Shown here one piece after another: positions 49,105 to 63,361 of a stretch of 64,000 nucleotides of DNA. This DNA comes from Azolla caroliniana (taxonomy: Eukaryota; Plantae; Polypodiophyta). Every line of letters starts with the position of its first letter. Within the stretch, counting starts at the first letter, position 1. Location: contig JBHGNT010000001.1 of NCBI GenBank assembly GCA_043228905.1, forward strand, positions 29,264,001 through 29,328,000, in the 5' to 3' direction. The position numbers were made by a program, and so were the translations under genes. Under the pieces are notes generated by a model. That model was not told the DNA's origin and did not search any database. It was given only the letters and a program-made list of their open reading frames with translations.

Positions 49105-51627
49105 TTTTTTGCCATGGATGCCGTGGTGTTGTCGCGTAGTGCTTTGGCTTCCACCCATTTTGTGCAATAATCCGTTGCTACAATTACGTACCAGTTGCCG
49201 GTTCTCATTGCTGGTGGTTTGAATGGATCGACAAAATCCAGCCCCCATTTCTGAAATGGTTCTAACGTTAGCACGGGCTGGTGAGGCATCCTGGCTTGTT
49301 CGATTGGTTGGCCCATTCGCTGACATAGGTCGCATTCTTTAGCGTACCGGACTGCATCCTTCAATGTTGTCGGCCACCATAGTCCACTCTGCCATATTTT
49401 CCTTGTTGTAGCGTCTCCAGCATAATGTCCTTCAGCCACTCCGCAGTGTGCTTCGCGCAATATTATTTCCTTTTCATCACTATGCACTGCACGCCGCCAT
49501 ATGCCATCTATGCCTTTGTGGTACAGTGTGTCCTGTAATAGACATAAGTGTCGGCTTTGAACCGCTAAGCGTTTCCTTTCGTCTCAGTTCATCTCGTCCG
49601 GAGGTAAGCCGGTGCTCAGAAATTGGTGCATGTTGATGAGCCACTTGTCTTCCTTTGCGACCGTACCATCTGTTGTCGTTTCTGCTGTAACTCTAAACAA
49701 CTTTGCATCCGGAAAGTCGTCTGGGACGCCATCACCGGTTTCGCCGGAATCTAACCGGCTCAAATAGTCTACTACCGCATGTTGTATGACGGGTCGGTGG
49801 AATATCCCGAACTCAAATTCTTGTAATAGTAACGTCCACCGGGCCTGCTTACCGGTGAGTGATGCTTTGGACACCAAGTAGAGGAGCGCTGAATGATCTA
49901 CGTGAAAGGAAATTTTCCTTCCCAACAGATAGTGTCTAAACTTGGTGACACTGTAGATCATACCCAAGGCCTCCCTTTCCGTTGTGGAATAATTACATTC
50001 TGCTTGGGACAGCTTCCAACTGGCATAATACATTGGCCGGTACCATTTCAGTTCTGTAAGTTGCATAAGCGTGCTCCTGATTGTGATGTCGGACGCGTCA
50101 ACGAACACATGGAACTCTTTAGACCAATCCGGAGGTTGCAACACCGGCGCTTGTGACAACAGTACTTTTAGTGCCCGGTAAGCTTGGCCTTCTGTGTCTG
50201 TCCATCGGAACGGTATCCGATGTACCGCGACATCCAATGGTGTAGCCAAGTCTGCTAGATACCGAAGCATTCGGCTATGCCACCGAATTTGTCCTAAGAA
50301 CCGGCTTAGTGCCTTTGCCGTGGCTGGTGCCGGTGCCTCCAGGATTGCTTTTACTTTGTCCGGATCCACTGTGATACCGTCCTTGCTCACTATTTGGCCC
50401 AGTAACACTCCGTTGGTTACTCTGAACACACATTTTGCCGGGTTAAGGCTTAGTCGGAAAACCCTACATTTCTCCAAACATAGTTGGAGGTGTTGAATGT
50501 GATCCCCTTCCCGGCTATAAACAGCGAAGTCGTCCAAGAACACCTGCATGAATGCCAGAATGAATTCTCTGAAAATATCCATGATGATCCGTTGGAAGGT
50601 TGCCAACGCCGTTTTCAGTCCGAACATCATAACTACGACAACAAAGACTCCCCATTCGGTGACAAAAGCGGTTTTCTCCTGGTTGTCGGGGTGCATCTGG
50701 ATCTGATTATAGCCGCTGAAACCATCCAGAAAACTATACAACTCATGACCGGCGATCGCATCCAAGACTCCATCCGTGAATGGAAGTGGAAAGGCGTCTG
50801 TTACCATAGCCGCATTTAATTTCCAGTAGTTGACGCAAACTCTTATCTTACCGTTCTTTTTCGGTACTACGACTATCGGACTGAGCCATGTGGTTTTCTT
50901 TACCGGTCGGATGAAGCCAACCCTTAGCAACTTGTCGATTTCTTCTTTGACTTTTGCTGCGTAATTCAGGTTCATTCGGTAACATTGTTGCGCTACCGGT
51001 TTGGCGTCTTTACTCAGATGTATCTGGTGTTGATACAACCGACGATCGAGTCCCCGCATGTCCTCATAGGACCAGGCGAACACATCGCGAAATTCTTTTA
51101 GGAGTGTGATCATTGCCATTTTGTTCACCGGGGTCATTTCCTTGGCAATGTGCACCGGTCTTGCGTCCTCTGTGGTACCTAGGTTTACCTCTTCTAGTTG
51201 GGATGCTTTCACGCGCTGCGACACTGCTATTTCTCTTTCCAGTGCCTCCTGTGCTTGCCATAATTCCTGGATTGCTTCTTTATCCGGTTCCTCCTCGGTC
51301 CCGTCCGATTGCAGTATGTATGGTGATACTGCTTCGGCTACATCAATCTCGAACAGAGGTACGATCTTCGGATTTTCCTGTAAGTATTGATCGACCTCTT
51401 CGTCCGCCAATCCTTCCAGGATGTTGACACATTCCGCTTCGATTCCTTGCCGTTACCGAACTGTGGTTGAGTCGGTACTCGCACTTTCGCTTTTCCACGC
51501 CGGAACATAATGATATTCTTCCTCCAGTTTTGCTTGATTTGTGTTGTTTTTAACCAAGGGCGTCCCAACAATAGTGGGTAAGCTCCCTGAGCCTATAGCT
51601 AGAGAACTACTGCGGAAATGCAAAATC

Positions 51628-52101
51628 CTTATTATTATTATTATTATTAGAAGTGAACAATGGGTCGTGTCGTTCCAGATAATCTAATTCATTGAAAGCT
51701 TCCTTATTGGAGAGGTAAGGATGCACGAATCTAGCACACTTGGGTAACACTATAGTAGAGCACATCAATGGTTGCATGCTCTTGAATATCCCCCACCGAT
51801 TCGTCACCGTTTGTGAGTATACTTTGAATGCCCCTAGTATAGAGGGGTAGAAAAGAAGAAGAATATTGACGTCTCTAAAGAGGTTAATTTGGCTTGTGAA
51901 CCCAAAACAATATATAGATTGTATAACTTGTTTTAGAAATAAAACTGAAGAAACACTAGAGAGAGAGAGATGGTGATTAATAAACATGCGAGCAACCAAT
52001 ATAAGGCTCACCATGGCCAACCAATATAAGGCTCACCATGGCAATGTTGATCAAAATGAAATAATACTATATTCATAATGATTTGAGATTAAATTTATAT
52101 A
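51628..52101 (-). pseudogene. Truncated duplicate of SAUR promoter/5' CDS
   Basis: Aligns with ~53563-54019; start ATG changed to ACG; SAUR domain absent. Confidence 0.88.
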
Positions 52102-53190
52102 AATGAAATGATATAATGGTTTAATTAATGGTTTTTTATTGATTTAATTAATTTAACTTAAAGATTTATTTAATTTAATGGTTCAATTAAAGTTTCTTTT
52201 ATTGATTTATTAAAGTTAATGAAAGATTTATTTATTTGGTGTACATTGTAGATAAGGTTCACATAAAACTACGTACATGGAACCAATTGCCATAATTGAC
52301 CATCCTTAAATGGTGTATACATGGAACTAATAGGTGAAGTGGTACATCACGTTGAACATTAGCTTTGATATACCACTTCATTGTGATGAGGTAATGTTTG
52401 AGGTAAAAAATTATGGCTGACAATGACTTTGCTCCTCCCGCTTCCATATGCTTGCCCATTTCCTTGACAACTTCAAAACATTGCAGTTGTTTTAGTGCTC
52501 GAGAATTGTTCTAAACACTCATAAGTATGTCTCAATCAAGGTAAAAACACTAGGTTTTTGGAAAATATTTGTGCACGACAATGTGATAATTATATGTTGG
52601 CTTTTACAAAAATTTGGCAAATATGTTTGTGGATGTGAAGATATACAAACAAGTGGAGTGTATAAGATAAGAGAGGTGAAGAGGTGGTGAGTGGATGAGT
52701 GAGTGAAGAGATTTGAGCATATGGACAAGTGGATGGGGAGTTGGAAGAGCAAAACAACACAAATCAAAGTAGACGAAAGAATTTAGATCACATACGCTAC
52801 ACATGAATGTTGATCACAAATGCTACAATTGCCCAACAACCAGAATTTGATTGTATGAATTAAACTTTTTGCTAGAAAATGCCAAATGCATGTTTTCTAT
52901 TGTTTCTGACACCTCTCCAAAATCTACAATATGATATGACACAAAACGTTTTGGTTTATGATTTCATCTTTTTCTTCATCCAAGAAACCCTTTATCAAAA
53001 TTTGGTGATATGGTGTGATGACAAATTAATCCCATACATTGTCACATAGTTTTTGGAGTTCAACTCATAACCATTTGTTTTACTCGAATCTTAAATTTGA
53101 TCATGTACATGTAAAAGTGGGGATCAATGAACCAATATCATTACAAATATATCAATCACACATTTATGAGATTGATGCATTAGTGTAAGA

Positions 53191-53736
53191 TTAATTGTTG
53201 GATTCGACTAACAAAATGATATGCTCAAAGAAGGCAATATCACACGGAATTGTGATGGGTCCCTCTTGATCGAACCCGAATTCTTCATTAGCCTTCTCTA
53301 ATAAGGTTGCAAACAAAGGATGGTTAATCATATCTGCCTTTAAAAGAAATCGTCTCCTTTCTTCACCCACATACAAAGCAAAGTAGCCTCGAGGTGTTTT
53401 GCTGAAACTCTTCTTCTTGCAATTAGTATTGATATTAGCCATGTTTGAGGGGCGCCTTAACGGTGACATGAAATAGGATAATGATTTTGATAATGAATTC
53501 AGTGGTGACCTCGGTAAATATTCAATATTATTATCATTAGCACCATTATGATAAGGTTTATCATTATTATTATTAGAAGTGAACAATGGTTCATGTTGTT
53601 CTAGATAATCTAATTCATTGAAAGCTTCATTATTGGAGCGATAAGGATGCACAAATCTACCACACTTGGGTAACATTATATTAGAGCACATCAATGGTTG
53701 CATGCTCTTGAATATCCCCCTCTGATTCCTCACCAT
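53191..53736 (-). CDS. SAUR: SAUR-like auxin-responsive protein, intronless
   Basis: TPRGYFALYVGEERRRF...HPLFATLLEKANEEFGFDQEGPITIPC matches the Auxin_inducible domain consensus. Confidence 0.93.
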   Translation of the reverse strand: MVRNQRGIFKSMQPLMCSNIMLPKCGRFVHPYRSNNEAFNELDYLEQHEPLFTSNNNNDKPYHNGANDNNIEYLPRSPLNSLSKSLSYFMSPLRRPSNMANINTNCKKKSFSKTPRGYFALYVGEERRRFLLKADMINHPLFATLLEKANEEFGFDQEGPITIPCDIAFFEHIILLVESNN

Positions 53737-54381
53737 TTATGAGTACACTTTGAATGCCCCTGGTATAGAGAGGTAGAAAAGAAGAAGAGTATTGATGTCT
53801 CTAAAGAGGTTAATTTGGCTTGTGAACCCAAAACAATATAGGTTGTATAACTTGTTTAAGAAATAAAACTGAAGAAACACTAGCGAGAGAGAGAGAGAGA
53901 GAGAGAGATGGTGATTAATAAACATGCGAGCAACCTATATAAGGTTCACCATGGCATTGTTGATCAAAATGAAATAATATTATATTCATAATGATTTGAG
54001 ATTAATTTATATAAATGAAATTCTTACAAATCACGCACCTCCCCATAGTCAACAACTTTCTTTATTTATGTTTAGAACTAGGATTAGAGCTCCTATGTTT
54101 TATCACAGTCCAAATCTTTGTAGGTGATATGTGCACCTTCCCTCACTTATATGAGAAGATAGATTCTGCCTTTGTAATGTTCTCTCAAGCTTCACATAGG
54201 GAGTCATTGTCCTTGACATATTTCAAAAAATACACAAACAACTTTATATTGTCTCCCATTCTTTTCTCTGTCTTTGTCATTCGGTTTGACTATTTCGTGC
54301 AACGAAACAGTTATAAGGAAATAATCAATAGTTCATGTTGGTTCCTCAGAGTGTCTTCCTCCGGCTTAAGTTAGTTAGGTC

Positions 54382-54591
54382 CATAGTACGTAAAATTCGT
54401 GTTCGTCTAGCATAACATTCGTTTTCCTACATTGGAAAACGAATGCGAATGTTATTCAAACATTCTTGTGTTTTTTTTTGTTTTTTCCCTACCTCATAAT
54501 AAATAGTTAATCCGAAGGTATGGTAGTTATCATTCTTTGAGGGTGTTTTTCTTACGCGAATGCACGTATGGTAGGTATGGTTCATACTATG
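54382..54591. mobile_element. hAT-type MITE (210 bp)
   Basis: TIR CATAGTA/TACTATG; 8-bp TSD GTTAGGTC. Confidence 0.85.
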
Positions 54592-55700
54592 GTTAGGTCA
54601 CTTTGACATGGACTTCTATAAGTCATTATTCAATGAATATTTAAGAAAAATAAAACATCTAAATTGAACGTGTTAAACAATAAGAATAATAAATGACCAC
54701 TAGTACAACACAAAGATTTTAAGAAGATATCATGAACAATACAAATTACAATAAAGTCTCTAGAATATAATGTAGCATTTCCTTAAGTACATATGTCCCC
54801 TCTTTCTCGACAATATTTAAGGAACCCTTCGTGAATTCGGTATCTTCCTCTCGTATCAATGTACATGGTGTCTATTAGGAGGGTCCCATCATGAAGGAAG
54901 TTAAATACTTAATACATTGATCAAGTGTCAAATGACAAATGCGTGTTTAGGAAGGAGTATTCAATTTTGGTTTTTACATGTCTTAATACATATATTTTGT
55001 CAATACTTAAACTTAGGTCATTTCAAGTTAATAAAGTAAATGTATGTACATATATGTCAATGTACTTGAAACTTGATTTCCTTTATGATAAGAAAGCCAT
55101 CAAGGTTTATAACCCGATTAGCTTTGCATGGGTAATTTAAAATACCATGTTTTCAATAATCATGAAAAGATAATCATAGTAAAATGTGATACATCTAAAC
55201 AAGATATTGCAAGATATCTCTTTTATGTGCTACAAAGTCATAGAAAGGGAGACTTGAAGAAAAGTCTCTTGTCTTTGAAAGGAATACGGGATGAGTGATA
55301 TAAATTAATTGAAATATGGGAAAAGTACCAGGATACCCCTGGAAGTTTGTCTATTTACTAGAATGCCCCTGGAAGTTCTAAATTTACCAAACTACCCCTA
55401 TGTCTAAAAAAATACAATTTATAAAGTAATTATACACTCAAATATACAAGCCTTATTTACCAAAGTAGCCTTAAACCTAAACTTATTTATCATAATGCCA
55501 CCATATACCTATTTTGACCAATTTATACCACTTTTATTTTTCAAAATACATCATAAATCAAACTAAATTATCAAAATTATATTATATATAAAAAATTTCA
55601 ATTGAAAAGTCACCTTAAAATCCAATTCTATGAATTTATACCGAGTTATACTAGCTTAATCCCATAAATTAACATGTAATTACACCGAGGTATATAGTCT

Positions 55701-58700
55701 TGTTGAGAGATCAAGCTCAACTTAGTTTAGTTAGTTAGTCAACCATGTAACTTCGTAGTTAGCTAGATAGAATCTAGTTAGAAGTGTTGACTATAACGCC
55801 TTAAATAGGACCTTGTACTTAATTGGGATATTCTAGATCCTCCACTCCTAAGTACATTTAATATAGGACTTACACATTAATACCTGTATTCTACTCACAC
55901 ATGTGCACCTTTGCACATGAGATGTATATATACCTCATTGTGGGTATTTTTGTATCTGATGATGATGATGAAGCTAATATTAATTTAATATAGTCTCTCA
56001 TCCCCCATCTTGTGTTGTTCATAAGTCTCTCTCTCTCTCTCTCTCTTCCTCTCACACACATACATACACATATCACATAATTTTCCGCTTATCACTTAAT
56101 CACATAATTAGGTACTAATTAACCCTTGCTTAATTACTTACCTAATTATTAACATGGTATTAGAGCATGTGGTTTAAAAAATCCACTAAGCCCACCCAAC
56201 TTTGTGATTGTGTGTTTGAGACACCAACGACAAAATCCGGCTATCCGCTACCGTAGCACGTGTACGTGATCGAAGGAAGAAAAGCAAAAGAAGAGAAGAC
56301 ACAATCAACATGAACACACAAATGGGTAGCTTGCTCCCTACTAAAAAGGTAGACTGGAGCAATTATTCATCTTGGGAATACAAGATGACCCAATACCTCC
56401 TCGGCCAAGGGTATTGGAGCTACATCAACAACGCTCAAGAAAATCGACCCGACTCAAAGAACACCAACTACGCGACATGGGAGCAAGCGGCTAATCGAGT
56501 AATGTATTGCTTGGCAACATGTGTCCACGACGACATGCTTAGCCACATTCGAAATGCCAAGATGCCTAAAGAGGGGCGGGCGAATTTAAAGAAAATTTTC
56601 GCCGCCAACATGACCGCCCGAAAGCTTCAACTCCGACAAGAGTTGAACAACATCCGGCAAGAAGTCTATATGTCTGTGTCGAACTACACTATCAAGATCA
56701 AGAGCATTTGCGACTCACTTGGCTCCATCAACATAAACGTCGATGAAGACGAGCTGGTTCAAGTATGCTTGGGCGGCCTCGCACAACGATTCGATCCAAC
56801 ACGACTGCACGAAAGCTTCAACACCGACAAGAGTTGAACAACATCCATCAAGAAGATATGTCTGTGACGGACTACACCGCCAAGATCAAGAGCATTTGCG
56901 ACTCACTTGGCTCCATCAACATAAATGTTGATGAAGACGAGATGGTTCAAGTATGCTTGGGTGGCCTCGCACAACGATTCGATCCATTACGGACGGAAAT
57001 CTTGGCGAGAGAAAACCCTCCTTCATTCTTCGACCTCCAATCAATGTTATTAGTCGAAGAGAACCACGTCTGAACCAAAAGCAAGACGTCGGAAGGACAA
57101 ATGTTCTTCTCGAATTCGAACGGTGGCCGAGGAGGAGGTCACAGCAGTAGAATAGGTCAATTCGGCCCATCACACGAAGGGAACTCAAAGATTCACGGAA
57201 GCCATCGAGGAACCTTCGGAAGAAGGGGGAGCTTTCACACCGAACAAGGTCGGCAAACAAGGCCCGCAACTTGCAATGATTGCAGCAAAATTGGCCACCA
57301 CGAGGAGGAGTGCCGAAAAAGAAGAAACGAGTCGGTCTCCACAAGTCGACAACTCACAAATTACGTCGTCAACTCCGAATACGACGATTACGGCAGACTA
57401 TTCATAATGAGACATAGAGCGAACTCTATGTCGGCCTCCAACTCCGCAAGCGCCTCCAACTCGAAAGACGTGTGGTTCGTCGATTCCGGCGCCTCACATC
57501 ACATGACATCTCACAAAGTTTGGTTTCCTGATTTACGAACATCGGATCGACCCGGCTTCATAGAGACGGGAGATGACACCACGCACCCCATTCGGCACAT
57601 CGGCAATGTCCCATTCGGGAAAGAAGGCGAACAAACTTGCATCAAGAATGTCTTGCACGTGCCCACAATAACGAAGAATTTGGTCTTCGTTGGCCAAATC
57701 GTGGAGCAAGGCATGCAAGTCCACTTCAACAATGAAGGTTGTTTCATTGAGAAAGATGGTCAACTCATAGCTAAGGGGCGGAGAGACGGTCGAATGTTTA
57801 TCCTCGATTCAAACGAGGTGAAATCGGCAATGTATGCCAAAGGTCTCAAAACTGAGACAAGCATCAAGTTGTGGCACAAGAGAATCAGCCACATAAACCT
57901 CCAACAACTTCGAGCGATGCAAACTAAGGGAGTCGTCATCGGACTTCCGACATTCGAGTCGAAACGAGTATGCGAAGTGTGTCAACTCGGCAAACAACAT
58001 TAGCTACCATTCCCGAAGGAGAGCTCCGCAAGCAAAGGCCTCCTCGTCTTCATACACTAAGATGTATGGGGACTGGCTCAAACGCTGACGATCGGCGAAT
58101 GCCGATATTACGTAACCTTCATCGGCGACTACTTGCGCTACACGTGGATCTACCCGATGAAGTAGAAGAGCGAAGTGTTCTCACACTTCCAAAAGCTCAA
58201 GGGGCAAGTCGAAAAAAAAACCGGTCGGCACATTCGATGCCTACGATCGGATGGAGGAAATGAGTACTTCTCCGACAAATTCACCTCCTACCTCCAAAGT
58301 GAAGGCATTCGGAGAGAATTCTCGTGCCGACACACACCCCAACAAAATGGAGTAGCCAAAGGGAAGAATCGGCAAATACTCAAGGTAGCACGCACCATGA
58401 TGCACAAGGAAGAATCAGCAATGTATGCCAAAGGTAAGATGCCCGAATACAAAGTCGACCACCTTGATGACAATGATTCGGATGGATCGGCTCCCTCACT
58501 AGATAGTGAGTTCGGTGTACCCATCATGCGGACACTCGAAGTAAAGAAGGCGCTCACATTGGCGAGTGAAAAACTTCGACGCTCATCTAGAGCTAAGAAC
58601 CTCGTCACGCGGCTTGGCTACAACGAGTATATGTCCCATTACTATGCCTTCACGATGAAGGTAGTGGCCGAACAAGAGCCCAAGAGCTCCACTGAAGCGG

Positions 58701-59215
58701 CTTGTCACCCACGATGGGTGGAAGTAGTCAGCCTTCGCCCACACACTACAAGCCTTCGTCACCGGCTTGAGGGGGAGGACCCAAGATTGCCACGGTGAAC
58801 AAAGCCGAAGGCGGATGGAAGCCGCACAGAATCCGACATCGAAAGACGGACAACACCGGATGTCGGACACCTCACACTTGAGCTTGAGGGGGCGTGTTGA
58901 GAGATCAAGCTCAACTTAGTTTAGTTAGTTAGTCAACCATGTAACTTCGTAGTAAGCTAGATAGAATCTAGTTAGAAGTGTTGACTATAACGCCTTAAAT
59001 AGGACCTTGTACTTAAGTGGTATATTCTAGATCCTCCACTCCTAAGTATATTTAATATAGGACTTACACCTTAGTACCTATATTCTACTCACACATGTGC
59101 ACCTTTGCACATGAGATTTATATATACCTCATTGTGGGTATTTTTGTCTTTGATGATGATGATGAAGCTAATGCTAATTTAATATAGTCTCTCATCACCC
59201 ATCTTGTGTTGTTCA

Positions 59216-59283
<68 letters not shown>

Positions 59284-59366
59284 ATCACATAATTTTCCTC
59301 TTATCACTTAATCATATAATTAGGTATTAATTAACCCTTGCTTAATTACTTACCTAATTATTAACG
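55701..59366 (+). mobile_element. Internally deleted copia (second family), lacks RT/RH
   Basis: LTRs 55701-56154 and 58895-59366, PBS TGGTATTAGAGC, PPT, imperfect TSD AGTCT/AGTTC. gag with ~190-bp duplication, PR WFVDSGAS, partial IN. Confidence 0.92.
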
Positions 59367-59427
59367 AGTTCCTTAAATGGCATTTTTCTTTTATAGCATT
59401 ATTAACCATTTTGTGAATGTTAAATTA

Positions 59428-61625
59428 CCACTCGGTATCTAGGAACGTGGATTGGGGTAGATATCGACAAGGGAATTCAGCTGCAACATATTCAAAGCAA
59501 AATCTGTGACAAAATTCGCAACTGGTCAGGGATGAACTTATCATTGGCTGGCAGGATCATAGTAGCTAACCATGTGCTTTTGTCTACATTATGGCATGCA
59601 GTTTCAATGTGGATGTTTGACAAGCAAGCTATTCGTACTGTTAAAGCGTGTATTAGGGGATTTCTTTGGGCTGGGATGAGGAAAGACAATGCGGCAGCCA
59701 AAGTATCATGGTCTACATTGATTCTTCCCAAGAGTAAGGGGGGTTTAGGATTGGTTGACCTTGGATTGCAGAGTCAGGCATTGTTATGTAAGATATTGGT
59801 AAGAAGCTTGCTACCCGGTGATGAGTTATGGAAAACATTGATACATAATAGGAGCATTCTATGGAGTCCATGACTGGGTGGGCAATGGAAGTCACACAAA
59901 GCGTGGCCTTTTTGCATGGACTTAAAATTGAGGAAATCTAACCGATTGGCTGATCGTACTTGTATGTCAGTGATGCAGGCGTGGAGTATGCTTCGTGGGC
60001 ATCTAAGTCGGAATCGTCCAAGTACTAGTGCTGAATAGATGCGCCAACCCCTATTGTGGAACGAGACCGTGCAATCGCTAGAAGGAATGATGCTTGGACA
60101 AAGCAAGCGCATGTCGTGGGCTATATTGCATTGTCTAGGGATACACTCGGTGGCTGATTGGCTGCGGTTGTCCGGCAATAATCGTGATCAATTATATGAA
60201 GACATGGGAAAGGTCAGAAATGGCAGAAAGATGCTTGACGTGGTCAATACAACTGTCTCCTCGCTTCCTATTGGTAATGAGGAAGAGGGTGAATGGTCTG
60301 GACAATGTGATGGTACCGGAAATATTATCAATGTCAGGGGTCTAGGAAAGAGTGGGAAGACCGTCCTGATGGGATTATTAGATGAAAGTGCAAGTTGGTA
60401 CCCTATTAGAATTGTGGCAAGACACGGAAAGAAATGGAAGGTGAATCCACCAGTCGGAGAGGTCGAGGAGGATTGGATCTTGTACGTGGTTGAAGGCAAG
60501 CCTCTCGAGCGTGTAGAATGGGATCCCGCTAAATATAGGTGGAAGGGAGAACAAGCTAAATCACTAGGTTTCTTCGAATACTCGACGCGCTTAGGGAGAA
60601 AGTTAGGTTCGTATCGTGAGAAATGTGCCAACAAGTGGCCCCATGCAGCTATCGATTCAGTCTTCGTGGATAGAACCAGGAGCAGGATATGGAACTCATC
60701 CCTTCCCGAGCAAATCAAAGTGTTTTTCTGGTTAATCACCCATCGGGCTGTTCCAACGGGAGAGTGGCTTGGGAATAGAGGCGGCATGAGTGGTTGCAAG
60801 GCGTGTAGTGCGAGCTTGGAGGACATCGCTCATTGTTTGTGGTGCTGCCCACGAGCGCAAGAAATCTGGCTGAGGAGGTTAAGAATCTTGGCTCGTTTTG
60901 GGGTTGAGGTTCATGTATCGAGCGTAGCAATCACTTGGCTGGCCACTGAATCGGCCTCGTGGTTTCAAGGGTGGAATGGAATTAGTCCTTCTTTAATGGT
61001 GAAGCAAGGATCTGTGCAAACAACAACACAAGGAGGTTTATTCTTCTTACAGGAACGCTACGTGGACATATGGGTATTAGTGGTCGGCCTTACTGTCTGG
61101 CAAGTGTGGGTATCTCGGTGCAAGGAGACCCTCGCAGGTAAACGAACCCCACCGGCTGAGAATTTAATGATGATCTGGTTTAATCTTATTTCTACGTTGC
61201 GAGGTGAGTTTGAAAGTCTTCAAGGGCCATCTGATGCAAGTGAAGAAGCTAGAGCTCGATTCCTTCGGAAATGGAGCGGTTCGCCGATGCTGCAGATAAT
61301 GGATGGTAAAGTGAAGTGGAATTATCAACCACCGCGGTGGCTGTTCCCTCCAAGTGTTCCTAACATCTAGATGGGTGTTGCCATGAGGAGCAAATGGAGG
61401 ACATCTATGCTGAATTCTGTTTTGTATGAGGCTCACGTGGAGAATGTGTTCGAGTAATGCTATACACATAGAATGATGTGGTGTTTTGGAGTTGTTTTTT
61501 TTATGTTGTTTCATCTACACATTGTTTTCCTTTGACATGCAAGATGTCTTATAAGATATGAGTTGTAAATGATTCCTTTGTACATTCTAAACTAATGGAA
61601 GTAGATATTTTTTTGGAAAAAAATA
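59428..61625 (+). mobile_element. 5'-truncated L1-clade LINE (ORF2 C-terminus, zf-RVT)
   Basis: LSLAGRI, VSWSTLILPKSKGGLG, IKVFFW...CKAC..EDIAHCLWCC; A-rich end ~61616. Boundaries approximate. Confidence 0.88.
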
Positions 61626-61869
61626 AATTATATTAACTTTTTGTTGGGCAATTTCTCAAACTATGAGTGTTTTTGATATTTTTCTCTAGATTCTATATGT
61701 AGATGGAGTCAATGCAAACTTTTTTCTACTTACAAACATATGCAAGTATTTTTTATTTCACCTAGATATTAATTATATTACGAAGGATGTATAACTACGT
61801 ATCCAACTACATACCACATAGGATTAAATTGAATGTAGTACATTTGAAAGATGATTTGCTACCATCGAC

Positions 61870-62359
61870 TAGCTATGGCCCGTGAAACCAAACCAAACCA
61901 TTTATAGAAAACAATAACCAAGCCACTTAGGAAAAGTGAAACCAATCAGTTTATGAAAGTTTTTTTTTTCAAAGAAAGATGCACCTTAGTATATTACTTG
62001 AGAACTGCACACACAAAAAACAGAAGGAGACAGTTTATGGAAAAGTTAAAATCTAATCGAACCATTTAATCACAAATTTAAACATAACCTTTTGATCCAG
62101 ATCAACTAAGTAATTAAATAACCATTAAATCAAATAAGCATGTAAGTTAAATTAATAAAATCATTAAACAATAAATCATTAATTAAACCATAAGGAAATA
62201 AAAACAGTTAACCAAAAACTGAGAAACTTAAGTTTTAGAACCAAACCGTTTAATAATAATTGAACCAAACCAAACCTTTTAATTATATTGGAACTAATAA
62301 ACCCTTAAGCCATAACTTAATGATTCGGTTCGGTTTGAGTTGAAGTTGGGCCATAGCTA
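61870..62359. mobile_element. hAT-type MITE (490 bp)
   Basis: 12-bp TIR TAGCTATGGCCC, 8-bp TSD CCATCGAC, AAACC subterminal repeats. Confidence 0.92.
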
Positions 62360-62744
62360 CCATCGACAAAGAAGACATTTTCATTTCATTCATCCTGCAA
62401 AATATGTTGATGGAGAAAAAGGTAAAGATTATGCTAGACTTGGGTTTCCTAGAGTTGTATTAGTCCAAAGTGCTTAATGTGAGTAGCCATATGTAAATTG
62501 GAGAATCATGTGAGAGCTATAAAACTCAACCTCTTAAAATGTATGTGCCTATGAACTCAATCTTGGGTGGACACCAAGAATAATAAGTAATTTTTTGGGA
62601 AATGTTGGTATGAAACATTGGAAAATAAGGATTCACAACTTTTTTGAGGTATGTTTTCTAGTGTTAGGTTATTTATGTACTAAAATATGGTTATGGTTCC
62701 AACAACCCATCTCCTCATGACAAAGTTTGAGATTTGTCAATCTG

Positions 62745-63320
62745 TAGTACATAGTCAAAGTGCCGATAATGTAGTAATAATTTTAGTCAATCCAAGTACT
62801 CACATATTTGTCATTCTTGCATCGAGATGGTAGAACATGTCTAATGTTCAAACTCAATCATACACTGAACCTTCACTTGATAGTACTATGCAAATGGATA
62901 TTTTATTGATAAAATATATATTGTGACATTTAGAATTGTGCGAAGCAAATTCCATACACCTCATTGCCAACCAAGGTACTCTCACATTCACCTTTCTTGT
63001 ATTGAGATGGCAAAAGATGTCTCCAGTCTAAACTCAATCATACAATGAAGCTCCACGTAGTTGTACTATGCAAACAAGTAAGTTCGTGATACGAAGATAT
63101 ATCATGACATTTAGAATTGTGTGAAGCAAATTCCGTATACAAGTTACTAACATGTTCACCATTATTGTATTGAAATGAAAAAGCATGTCTCGACTCTAAA
63201 ATCTATTGTACATTGAAACTCAAATTGGTTATATTGTGCAAAGCGTTATTTTATTGATACATAGATTATATATATCATGAAATTTAGAATTGTGCAAAGC
63301 AAATTCCATGTATCTCACTT
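62745..63320. repeat. ~3 diverged copies of a ~180-bp tandem repeat
   Basis: ATTTAGAATTGTG..AAGCAAATTCC recurs at ~62928, 63108 and 63281. Confidence 0.8.
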
Positions 63321-63361
63321 ATAATCCTGAATTTGGTTAACAAATGTTTTTCAATGCAACA

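Larger units (their letters stand above)
38780..51628 (-). mobile_element. Athila/Tat-like gypsy (family G), 5'-truncated, with 3' extra ORF; copia nested in IN
   Basis: 3' LTR 38780-39221 (TGTTA...TAACA). RT-RH 49584-51410 (LDGFSGYNQI, FLDDF). IN 49110-49580 plus 42409-43324 (WTGPY). PR tail LLGRPWL. Confidence 0.88.

Noticed and set aside
52105-53100. Possible hAT remnant (AT-rich part resembles the reverse complement of 62110-62190)
   Set aside because: No termini or transposase motifs could be established.
53796-53801. TGTCTC auxin-response element near SAUR
   Set aside because: A single hexamer, mutated in the duplicate; not distinguishable from chance.
55318-55420. Mutator-like TIR (GGGAAAAGTACC...)
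   Set aside because: No convincing partner TIR or 9-bp TSD found.
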